This document shows positions 27,420-35,867 of a stretch of 64,000 nt of DNA, one piece after another; position 1 is the stretch's first letter, and each line of letters opens with the position of its first letter. This DNA comes from Candidatus Fermentibacterota bacterium. GTDB taxonomy: Bacteria > Fermentibacterota > Fermentibacteria > Fermentibacterales > JCC-6. The notes under the pieces are model-generated. The model worked only from the letters and a program-made list of their open reading frames with translations. It made no database searches and was not told the DNA's origin. The translations under genes and the position numbers were made by a program. The stretch covers positions 160,001-224,000 of the forward strand of contig CAWJQI010000005.1 of the NCBI GenBank assembly GCA_963845085.1. Reading direction: 5' to 3'.

Positions 27420-28203
27420 TCTCGGCCTCCGTTCCCCGCCAGTACCGCAACGCCTCGCCCACAAGAACCTCGGCCCCCCTGAAATCGAGCATCACGCTTC
27501 CATCGCTTCCAGCTGTCTTCGGGTCGGGATGGACCTCGAGGAAAATCCCGTTCACACCCCATGCTGCGGCAGCCCTTGCCATGTTCAGTGCGAAGCTCCG
27601 GTCACCCCCGCTCTCAGCTCCGAGTGCGCCGGGTTTCTGAAGCGAATGGGTCACGTCCATGATCACTCCGTCACAAAGGCCGGCCATCACTGAAAGGGAT
27701 CTCATGTCCACTACAAGGTCGCCGTAGCCGAAGAAAGAGCCACGCTCGGTGAGCCAGACCATGGGGCACCCCTCACCCTTCAGCTTGGCCACTGCGCCCG
27801 CCATGTTCTCAGGCGCCATGAACTGACCCTTCTTGACATTGACAGGGCGTCCGGTCGAACCGGCGGCCTCGAGAAGGCTTGTCTGTCGGCAGAGAAAGGC
27901 CGGGATCTGGATGTAATCCGCGACCTCCGCCACGGGAGCCGCCTGCGAGGGGATGTGTATGTCCGTCAGCACGGGAAGGCCGGTCTCCGCCCTGACCCTT
28001 CCGAGTATCGAAAGCCCCTCGACGAGCCCCGGTCCGGTCCAGCTGCCGCGAGAGGTCCTGTTGTCCTTCAGGAAAGACCCCTTGAAAACGAATCGGGCAT
28101 TGTGGGAAGAGGCGAGCGAACTGATGAAGCGACCTGTTTCAAGGGCCATGTCAAGGCTTTCGAGACCGCACGGGCCCATGATGAAAAGCGGTCTGTCACT
28201 CAC
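27409..28203 (-). CDS. kdsA: KDO-8-phosphate synthase
   Basis: GPCGLES, KDNRTS, LTDIH, QIPAFLCRQT, NVKKGQF, TERG, DVTHS, EVHPDP. Confidence 0.95.
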   Translation of the reverse strand: MSDRPLFIMGPCGLESLDMALETGRFISSLASSHNARFVFKGSFLKDNRTSRGSWTGPGLVEGLSILGRVRAETGLPVLTDIHIPSQAAPVAEVADYIQIPAFLCRQTSLLEAAGSTGRPVNVKKGQFMAPENMAGAVAKLKGEGCPMVWLTERGSFFGYGDLVVDMRSLSVMAGLCDGVIMDVTHSLQKPGALGAESGGDRSFALNMARAAAAWGVNGIFLEVHPDPKTAGSDGSVMLDFRGAEVLVGEALRYWRGTEAENGR

Positions 28204-28910
28204 GAAAAAGCCCTCCTTGCCCGTTCAAGGTCCTCCGGGGTGTCGACCCCGAGGGCGTTCCAATCCCCGGTTCCAACGCTGATGGGAATGCCCCTTTCAA
28301 GCCAGGCAAGCTGCTCCAGCCTCTCCCTCCGGGAAAGTTCCGTTTCACCGGCCTGCATGCAAGCCTCAAGGCTCTCGGGGGTGAAGCAGTAAACCCCGGC
28401 GTGCCGAAGGTATACGCCGTCCCCCCATGGGATGGGGCTTCGGCTGAAGTAGAGAGCCCTGCCTCCGGTTCCGACAGCAACTTTCACGGCCGACGGATCG
28501 GTCTCTTCCCCGGGTTTCATGGGCGAGGCAAGGGTTGCCACGCCTTCACCGGCCACGGAGACAAGTTTGTTCACCCATTCCATCGATGCACAGGGTTCAT
28601 CGCCCTGCAGGTTGACTATCCGTCCGGCGGGAGAACCCAGGGCCTTCCAGGCCTGATAGACCCGGTGGGTGCCCGAAAAAGCCTCGCCGGTCAGGATTGC
28701 ACGGTATCCGCAGGCTTCCACGGTTCGTACGATTTCGGGGCTGTCCGTTGCCACCACCGCCAGAACCGCCCCGGTTGGGCCCAAACTCTCAAGAACACGA
28801 ATGATGAGGGGCTTGCCGCAGACATCCGCAAGGGGTTTCCCGGGAAGCCGGGACGAACCCATGCGCGCCGGGATGACGACCGTCAGTCCAGCCAGTGTTC
28901 CGAGGCCCAT
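28200..28910 (-). CDS. kdsB: CMP-KDO synthetase
   Basis: IPARMGSSRLPGKPL, SGT.R, NLQGDEP, ALYFSRSPIP, LEQL, VDTPEDL. Confidence 0.95.
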   Translation of the reverse strand: MGLGTLAGLTVVIPARMGSSRLPGKPLADVCGKPLIIRVLESLGPTGAVLAVVATDSPEIVRTVEACGYRAILTGEAFSGTHRVYQAWKALGSPAGRIVNLQGDEPCASMEWVNKLVSVAGEGVATLASPMKPGEETDPSAVKVAVGTGGRALYFSRSPIPWGDGVYLRHAGVYCFTPESLEACMQAGETELSRRERLEQLAWLERGIPISVGTGDWNALGVDTPEDLERARRAFS

Positions 28911-29965
28911 AGAGTGGCGTAGACTGTTGTTTCCGAAAGACCGTCGCCCCAGGTCTCATATCCCGCTGAAACATCGAGCGAGGCACGTCCGCTGCCGAAT
29001 GCGAAACCGAAGCCCGTCGTGTACCTTGTGGCGCCGTCCCTCCAGAGACCGTCCGTCCTTGAAATGCCGGCCCTCAGCCTCAGGTTGCCCGGAGCTGTGT
29101 ACTCGACACCACCCGAGATGATGTTCCCGGGTTCGACGGATGTTTGAAGAAGGCTCAGCCGTTTCCGGCTGTAGTAATCCGCTGCGAACAGAAGCCTTCT
29201 GTGGGGTCTCACGGAAATTCCCCCCGTGAAATCACCCGGCACGGTGTACTGCAGCGATGTGTCCGCGCTGAGGTTGCCCATCCCGTCACGTTCGATGCCC
29301 AGTGTTCCCCTGCGGTCGGTGGTGATCGACATTCCGAGGTCGACAATCCCCGCATTCCAGAATGCGCCGAAAAGAAGGCCGGATGCCGGCGAAAAAACCG
29401 CGTCATCCCTGTATTGGGAGGACAGCGGAATGAACGGCCCTGAGAGCGAGTCAGGAGTGGTGATGAATTCACCGAGAACCGTGCCGAATGTGCTTCTGCT
29501 GCCGAGAGAGAATGCGAGGTTCCGTCCCGCCCTTGCGGTGACGCCGAACCATCCCTCGGTCAGGCCCCCGCTCCAGGCGGCGGTTCCGCTCCCTCCGTCA
29601 AACGTGAAGGAGCCGGTCGCGGACAGCCTGCTTTTTGAGGAGAGGCAGCCGGAAAGGGAGACGCCCCATGGAATTGGAAATACCACGGACACATGCGGAA
29701 AACCGAGCTTCCCGGTCCAGTTGTCATCATCTCCGCTTACTCCCGCAAGCCCCCAGGCAAGCCCCGTGGCCTCGGCCCAGGCGGAAGCTGCAGGGTTGTA
29801 GACCGACACCGTGTTGGAATCGGCGACACCGGCGGCTGCTCCGCCCATCGCGAACGCCCTCGCTCCGGCCGACCTTGTTTCAACACCGATCCCCCCGTCA
29901 GGGGGCAGGAAAGGCGGATCGAACCCTGCCGCCAGGATCAGGGATGAGGCGAGTAAAATGTGCAT
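28883..29965 (-). CDS. FadL/PorV-like outer membrane beta-barrel
   Basis: Signal peptide, GARAFAMGGA...YNPAA plug motif, amphipathic strands, C-terminal SEHWLD. GGAGG RBS before ATG 29965. Confidence 0.65.
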   Translation of the reverse strand: MHILLASSLILAAGFDPPFLPPDGGIGVETRSAGARAFAMGGAAAGVADSNTVSVYNPAASAWAEATGLAWGLAGVSGDDDNWTGKLGFPHVSVVFPIPWGVSLSGCLSSKSRLSATGSFTFDGGSGTAAWSGGLTEGWFGVTARAGRNLAFSLGSRSTFGTVLGEFITTPDSLSGPFIPLSSQYRDDAVFSPASGLLFGAFWNAGIVDLGMSITTDRRGTLGIERDGMGNLSADTSLQYTVPGDFTGGISVRPHRRLLFAADYYSRKRLSLLQTSVEPGNIISGGVEYTAPGNLRLRAGISRTDGLWRDGATRYTTGFGFAFGSGRASLDVSAGYETWGDGLSETTVYATLWASEHWLD

Positions 29966-30008
29966 GACCCTCCGATGGCTGAACCGATGGATTAGCTGTG
30001 AATATAGC

Positions 30009-31400
30009 TCAGAGTTCCAGAAAGTCCCCAACGCCGGGCAACAGCACCCGGGCGTCGGATTTTTCCCGGATCCTCGCCGCAAGGCTCTCAGTCTGGTTCT
30101 TCTCGCCGTGCACCAGAACGATCGTCTTTGCGTTCCGAGCGGTCTGTCCCACGAATTCCATGAGCTGCCCGGCATCGGCGTGTGCGCTCATCCCGAGTAT
30201 GTCCTCGACCCGTGCCCTGAGTTTGTACGGCTCGCCGAAGATGTTAACCGTCTCGTGGCGTTCCGCTATCTTCCTGCCGAGGGTCTCAGCCGCCATGAAG
30301 CCCACGATCAGCACGGTGTTCCTGTGATCGCCGATGGTGTTCTTAAGGTGATGCCTGATCCGCCCGTTCTCACACATGCCCGAGGCGGATATGATTATCA
30401 TGCTCTCCTTCATGCTGTTGAGAGCTTTCGACTCCTCGACGCCCTGGATGAACCTGAGCTTCTCGAACGTGAACGGGCTCTGCCCGGACTGAAGAAGGCT
30501 CAGTGCGTCCTCGTCGAAACACTCCGGATGAAGCTTGTATACACCCGTCGCATCGAAGGAAAGCGGTGAATCCACGAAGACCCTTATGTCCGGAAGCCGT
30601 CCCGCCTCATCCAGCTGGCGAAGGAAGTAGAGAACTTCCTGCGTGCGCCCGACGCTGAACGCGGGGACTATCACCTTGCCGCCCGCCGCTGCCGTTTCCC
30701 TGATCACCCTCTCGAGCTTTTCAAGGCTCTCGCCCGCAGGCTCGTGGTCCCTGCCTCCGTACGTGCTCTCCATTATCACCACGTCGGGCCTTGAAGACAG
30801 GTCGGGATCCTTCAGGATGGGTTGGCTCCTGCGCCCGATGTCGCCGCTGTAGAGAAGGACTTTCGTCGTCCCCCCTTCGGAAAGCGTCAGCTCGACCTGT
30901 GCCGACCCGAGGATGTGCCCGGCCTCGAGCAACCTCATGCTCACCCCCGGAAAAAGCTGGAAGGTCATTCCGTACGGCACGGAAACGAACCGTTCGAGCG
31001 TGGTCATCACCTCTTCAAGGCCGTAGAGCGGAGTGACTGGGGCGAGCCCCCTGACCCGGCGTTTCTTGTTCAGGTAGTCAGCATCGGCCTGCTGGATGTG
31101 TGCGGAATCGGGAAGCATTATCGAGGCAAGGTCGCGAGTGGCGGCCGTCGAAAACACCGGCCCCTTGAATCCGCCGCCGACAAGGCCCGGCAGCTTGCCC
31201 GAGTGGTCGATGTGCGCGTGGGACAGCACCACTGCGTCGACCGAGGCCGGCGGTACCGGATAGGTACGGTTGAGCCGCTCGCTTTCCTCGCGCCTGCCCT
31301 GGCTGAGCCCGCAGTCGAGCATTATCCTTTTTCCCTGGACTTCCACCAGATGGCACGAGCCTGTAACGCAGCCTGCGCCACCCAAATGTGTAACTTTCAC
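30009..31400 (-). CDS. Metallo-beta-lactamase/beta-CASP RNA-processing nuclease
   Basis: VTGSCH, SHAHIDHSG, AGHILGS, SGDIG, MESTYG, PAFSVGRTQE, SAHAD, VHGE. Confidence 0.93.
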   Translation of the reverse strand: MKVTHLGGAGCVTGSCHLVEVQGKRIMLDCGLSQGRREESERLNRTYPVPPASVDAVVLSHAHIDHSGKLPGLVGGGFKGPVFSTAATRDLASIMLPDSAHIQQADADYLNKKRRVRGLAPVTPLYGLEEVMTTLERFVSVPYGMTFQLFPGVSMRLLEAGHILGSAQVELTLSEGGTTKVLLYSGDIGRRSQPILKDPDLSSRPDVVIMESTYGGRDHEPAGESLEKLERVIRETAAAGGKVIVPAFSVGRTQEVLYFLRQLDEAGRLPDIRVFVDSPLSFDATGVYKLHPECFDEDALSLLQSGQSPFTFEKLRFIQGVEESKALNSMKESMIIISASGMCENGRIRHHLKNTIGDHRNTVLIVGFMAAETLGRKIAERHETVNIFGEPYKLRARVEDILGMSAHADAGQLMEFVGQTARNAKTIVLVHGEKNQTESLAARIREKSDARVLLPGVGDFLEL

Positions 31401-31580
31401 CCGTCACTCCTCTGCTGGTGTGTCAACGGCAAGTATGATGGCGGAGGGTGTGCCCGGGCAATACCGGCTTCCCCCGTGAGCAACGGTTATGGACATGGGG
31501 AGCCATTCCTTATAGGATAAGAGTGTGTGTGACAGCGTCATGTGTTTCTTCCTCTTTAACTGCATAGGAGGCTTGCAAAA

Positions 31581-33308
31581 GTGAAGTTAGTGATTCTCTT
31601 TCTGGCACTGGCGGTTTCCGTCGCAGCGGGAGACACGGTGGTTTCCAGGGTGAGTGCGGCCCTCGAAACCGATGCCATATCCCCCGACGAGGCGGTTTTC
31701 CTCCTCTACAACAGCGTCTACGATATGACGAAGGTTCCGGCGCAGTTCTCCGAGGGTGCCGTTGCCGAGCCATGCGGCACGCCGGCCTTCGATTTGATCC
31801 GAACCCTCTACGACCGCTGCTCGGCTCCCGTTCGCGAGCAGCTTGACGTGCTTCTTGCCAGACCCTACCCCGGTGATCCCTACTACACCACGATCTCACC
31901 GCAGGATTACTTCAGGATCCACTGGACCACCGCCGGCGTCAACGCCACGAACGAAAGCTATGTGAACGTTCTGGCCGACGCGTTCGATACCTCCTGGGGA
32001 ACCCTCATCAACACTCTCGGCTTCTGGGCGCCGCCTTCCGACCTCGGTCTTGGCGGCTGCGACCGCTACGATGTCTACATCATGAGCCTCGACGCCGGAA
32101 CACTCGGCTACTGCAGCACCGGCGGGGAGGTCCCCAATCCCATAACACCCAACAACGACTGGTCCAGCCACATCGCCATGAGCAACAATGAGGGTTACGG
32201 TCAGAACCAGATGATCGAAACCTCTGCGCACGAGTTCATGCACGCGATCCAGAACGCCTACGACGCGGCCGAACCCACATGGTTCAAGGAGAACTGCACG
32301 GTCTGGACCCAGAACATCGTCTTTGAAACGAACCTCTACACAGACTACCTCAAGAGCGGCGAAAACTGCCTCCGCCGTCCCTGGTACGATATCCGCAGCG
32401 GTGCCATGTACCACTACGGCGCATCCCCCTGGCCCATGTACATGCAGTTCCGCACGGGCGGCTCGGTCGAGGTCATCCAGCGCATCTGGGAGCTGACGGC
32501 GGACGTTTACGGCGCCAACCTCATGGAGTCCATTGTTGCAGCTGCCGAGGAATACGGGATGAGCTTCAACCAGTGGCTCGCGGAGTACACCTGCTGGCGC
32601 TGGTTCACCGGGACAAGCAGAGCCGACGACGAGCACTACCCCTACGAGGAGAGCTCTCTCTGGGGCCCCGGCGCATACGTGTTCAGCTTCCACAACGTAA
32701 CCAGCCTTCCCGCCTCGCTCGACAACGGCGTCTACCCGCCCAAGACATACGGCAACCACTGGATCCAGATCAACGTGGAACCCTACCAGGGCTGGATCAA
32801 GATCGAGTTCGACGGCCGTGACTACTTCGACTGGATCCTCGGCGTCATCAGAACGAGGGACGACGGCACGGACGACTTCTACTGGACCATCGTCGACAAC
32901 GACACGGCCACCCGCGAGTGGGGCATCGAGACCGCCGGCTGGGACAAGGTAATCGTCTTCCCCCAGCCCATTACCGAAACCACGCTCGATCTGCTCTACG
33001 AGATGGACATCTCATACCAGACAGGCATCGAGGAAGGTTCACAGTCACAATCATTCCTCCTCGAAGCCGACAGTAACCCGTTCACCGGCTCCGGTTTCCT
33101 CCGGGTGACAATGCCCGAGGCCGGAATCACCACCATCAACGTCTACAACGCTGCCGGGAGAATGGTGCAGACCATCTCATCGGGAGAACTTCCCGCAGGG
33201 CAGAGCCAGGTCGACTGGAATGCATCCGGGCTTGAGAACGGAACCTACTTCGTCAGGCTCACCGGCCCGGGCGGCGGCGTCACGGCCAGGGTCACAGTAC
33301 TTAACTGA
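31581..33308 (+). CDS. Secreted zincin metalloprotease (MXAN_6640-like) with T9SS-like C-terminal domain, copy 1
   Basis: Signal peptide, EPCGTP, FRIHWT, YDVYI, AHEFMHAIQ, WFKE; CTD NPF..VYNAAGR..W..GTYFVR. AGGAGG RBS. Confidence 0.85.
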   Translation: MKLVILFLALAVSVAAGDTVVSRVSAALETDAISPDEAVFLLYNSVYDMTKVPAQFSEGAVAEPCGTPAFDLIRTLYDRCSAPVREQLDVLLARPYPGDPYYTTISPQDYFRIHWTTAGVNATNESYVNVLADAFDTSWGTLINTLGFWAPPSDLGLGGCDRYDVYIMSLDAGTLGYCSTGGEVPNPITPNNDWSSHIAMSNNEGYGQNQMIETSAHEFMHAIQNAYDAAEPTWFKENCTVWTQNIVFETNLYTDYLKSGENCLRRPWYDIRSGAMYHYGASPWPMYMQFRTGGSVEVIQRIWELTADVYGANLMESIVAAAEEYGMSFNQWLAEYTCWRWFTGTSRADDEHYPYEESSLWGPGAYVFSFHNVTSLPASLDNGVYPPKTYGNHWIQINVEPYQGWIKIEFDGRDYFDWILGVIRTRDDGTDDFYWTIVDNDTATREWGIETAGWDKVIVFPQPITETTLDLLYEMDISYQTGIEEGSQSQSFLLEADSNPFTGSGFLRVTMPEAGITTINVYNAAGRMVQTISSGELPAGQSQVDWNASGLENGTYFVRLTGPGGGVTARVTVLN

Positions 33309-33316
33309 TCCCAAAC

Positions 33317-33336
33317 GGGGGGGCTTCGGCCCCCCC
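33317..33336 (+). terminator. Hairpin with cUUCGg tetraloop between the two protease paralogs
   Basis: GGGGGGGC-TTCG-GCCCCCCC followed by TT. Confidence 0.65.
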
Positions 33337-33356
33337 TTCACGAAGGGAGCCATGAT

Positions 33357-35075
33357 TTGAGATTAGCCCTTCTGATTCTTCCGGTGATGTTCGCCCTGTC
33401 GCTTGCGGACACCACGCTGGACCGAATCATGAACGCCGCTTCAGCGGGTGAGATCACTCCCGATGAGGCAGCCCTCTACCTGGTCATGAGCGTCCGCGAG
33501 CGGGAGCTTTTGCCCGTTGAATTCACCGACGGCGCAGCCAGCGAGCCCTGCGGCACCCCCGCACTGCTCGAGGCGCTGCGCATCATCGAACAGGGCTCTA
33601 TCCCCGTCCCGGGCGAGCCGGCCTTCCTGCTCGCAAGGCCCGGTCTCAGCGGCCCCGAGATAACCTTCGTCTCCCCCTCTGATCACTTCCGCATCCACTA
33701 CACAACCGAGGGTGGCGATGCCGTCACTGAGACCTACGCCATGTCCGTTGCCCTCGCGGCCGATCACTCCTGGCAGGTCGAGTGCGACGAGATGGACTAC
33801 TTCACACCCCCGCCCGATGCGGGGATGGGCGGCTGCAACCGCTACGACATATACATCATGCAGATCGATGCGCTCGGCTACACTTCTTCAGGCGGGGAGT
33901 TCAAGCCGCCCGATTCGACCCACAACGCATCGGCAAGCCACATCGTCATTCACAAGAACCTTGGCGAGAACCTCATCAAGGTGACCGTGGCCCACGAATT
34001 CCAGCACGCGATCCAGATGACCTACGACTACACCGAACCCACCTGGTTCATGGAGAACTGCGCCGTATTCATGGAGGAAATGGTCTACCCCGAGGTCAAT
34101 GACTACATGGGATACCTTGGCGGCGGCGACAACCCCATCCGCAAACCCTGGTACGATATCCGTTCCGGCGGCGGCTCCAACCTCTACTGGTACGGCGGCG
34201 TCACCTGGGCCTTCTACATCTGGCAGCGCACCGAGGTCGAGTCGGTAAGGCTCGTATGGGAATACTGCGCGGACGAGCGCGGCGCGAACATGCTTGAATC
34301 CCTTGAGGCAGCCTTCAACGACAACGCCATGACCTTCGAACAGGGCTTCATGGAGTACGGCTACTGGCGCTGGTTCGTCGCGAACAACTACTACGAGGGC
34401 GACATGTACTTCCCGGAAGCCGGAGAATGGGGCGGAAACCCCTACGTATTCGCCTTCCACAACTTCAGCACGCTTCCCGCATCGGGCGACAACGGGGTAT
34501 ACCCTCCCGAATCCTTCGGCATCCACTGGATCAAGGTCGACCTTGCCGACTACCAGGACGGATGGGTAAACTTCAGCTTCGACGGTCGGGACAGCTTCGA
34601 GTGGAATCTCGGAGTGATTCTGTGGGACACCGACGGCGCATCACAGTGCACCTGGTACAACACGGCCTACCCGGCCGGTACGGCCTCGGTCGCCGTCGAA
34701 ACAGCCGGCTGGGACTACGCGATCTTTTACCCGGCCATGTTCTCCGTGACCACGCTCGACATGACCTACACCTTTGACATAACCTTCGCCACGGGCATCG
34801 AGGGTGGAGCCGTAACTCCCGAACGCGCTCTCTCCGTACAGGGCAACCCCCTCGCTCCGGGCGGAACAGTGTCGTTCAGCCTCTCCGAGGCAGGCAACAC
34901 GAGGCTCGCCCTCTACGACCTCTCGGGCAGAACGGTTGAAACCCTCGTGCAGGGGCCGATGGAAGCGGGAGTCCACTCCGTTGCCGTGAGCGGTGACCTT
35001 GCCACCGGCACCTACTTCCTCATGCTGAACCATCCCGGCGGTGTTGAATCGATGAAGATCCTCGTCGCCAGGTAG
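33357..35075 (+). CDS. Secreted zincin metalloprotease (MXAN_6640-like) with T9SS-like C-terminal domain, copy 2
   Basis: Colinear with copy 1: EPCGTP, FRIHYT, YDIYI, AHEFQHAIQ, WFME, PWYDIRSG, FDGRD; CTD LYDLSGR..GTYFL. Confidence 0.85.
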   Translation: MRLALLILPVMFALSLADTTLDRIMNAASAGEITPDEAALYLVMSVRERELLPVEFTDGAASEPCGTPALLEALRIIEQGSIPVPGEPAFLLARPGLSGPEITFVSPSDHFRIHYTTEGGDAVTETYAMSVALAADHSWQVECDEMDYFTPPPDAGMGGCNRYDIYIMQIDALGYTSSGGEFKPPDSTHNASASHIVIHKNLGENLIKVTVAHEFQHAIQMTYDYTEPTWFMENCAVFMEEMVYPEVNDYMGYLGGGDNPIRKPWYDIRSGGGSNLYWYGGVTWAFYIWQRTEVESVRLVWEYCADERGANMLESLEAAFNDNAMTFEQGFMEYGYWRWFVANNYYEGDMYFPEAGEWGGNPYVFAFHNFSTLPASGDNGVYPPESFGIHWIKVDLADYQDGWVNFSFDGRDSFEWNLGVILWDTDGASQCTWYNTAYPAGTASVAVETAGWDYAIFYPAMFSVTTLDMTYTFDITFATGIEGGAVTPERALSVQGNPLAPGGTVSFSLSEAGNTRLALYDLSGRTVETLVQGPMEAGVHSVAVSGDLATGTYFLMLNHPGGVESMKILVAR

Positions 35076-35091
35076 AACGCCTCTTTCTTCC

Positions 35092-35126
35092 GGGAATGCG
35101 CCCCCAGCGGGCGCATTCCCTATATT
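35092..35126 (+). terminator. 12-bp hairpin abutting a TATATT -10 element
   Basis: GGGAATGCGCCC-ccagc-GGGCGCATTCCC, then TATATT, 6 nt, and ATG 35133. Confidence 0.6.
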
Positions 35127-35132
35127 CACGCC

Positions 35133-35867
35133 ATGAAAACCGGGTTGTTCACCCTTTTTCTCGTTCTGACCGTCGGATGCGGGGGCTCTCCGGGTGTTCC
35201 CGAAGCCCCTCTGTTCACTCCTTCGGCCAAACCGATGGTCATCCTTGAGATCAGGGATGCAGCCGCCCCTCCGCCCCTCGAGGGCTTTGCATGGTGTTTC
35301 TTTACGCGCAGCGAGCTTCAGGACGCGCCTTCACTCGAATCCCTTCTCACTTCCGCTGATTCCGAAGGCAGGCTTCTGATGCTTGTCGAACAGGAACCCG
35401 GGACTGAGCTCGAAGGCATGCGTCAGCACATGTTCGTACTGCTTGACCAGTTCCTCGTACCGGTAAGCATCTCACCGGAAGGCCTCGCAGCGGAGCTTGA
35501 GGGTTTCACCCTGACCCCCGACGCCCAGGGGCATGGCGTGATCCTTGACCTGTTTTCCAAGTACAGGCCTGACCTATTGTTCATCTCGATCGGCTGCAAT
35601 GATTTGGACGCACTGGCAGGCATTGTGGGTTTCTGGAGGGAAGGCTCCTTCACGAAGGACTTCAGGCTCTTTGTCTATTCTCCACCCTCCTTGGGCTCGA
35701 GGGGCTGGTGCGCCATGAGCTGGAGGGATGTCCCGGTCGGATGCATCCCGGGCCTGTCATTCGGTGGGTTCACAAAAACACTCGGGATTTTCGCCGGCCT
35801 TCCCTGGGACCCCTCGGTCTTCACTGGAGTTCCGGCTGTTCACGTCCTTCAGGAGCAGACGCAATGA
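35133..35867 (+). CDS. Hypothetical lipoprotein
   Basis: MK-hydrophobic-LTVGC lipobox. No SD, so probably leaderless. Confidence 0.7.
   Translation: MKTGLFTLFLVLTVGCGGSPGVPEAPLFTPSAKPMVILEIRDAAAPPPLEGFAWCFFTRSELQDAPSLESLLTSADSEGRLLMLVEQEPGTELEGMRQHMFVLLDQFLVPVSISPEGLAAELEGFTLTPDAQGHGVILDLFSKYRPDLLFISIGCNDLDALAGIVGFWREGSFTKDFRLFVYSPPSLGSRGWCAMSWRDVPVGCIPGLSFGGFTKTLGIFAGLPWDPSVFTGVPAVHVLQEQTQ

Noticed and set aside
33352..33360. ATG-ATT-TGA mini-ORF overlapping the TTG start of protease copy 2 (possible frameshift)
   Set aside because: TTG 33357 is well spaced from the GAAGGGAG SD and gives an intact signal peptide, so no frameshift is needed.
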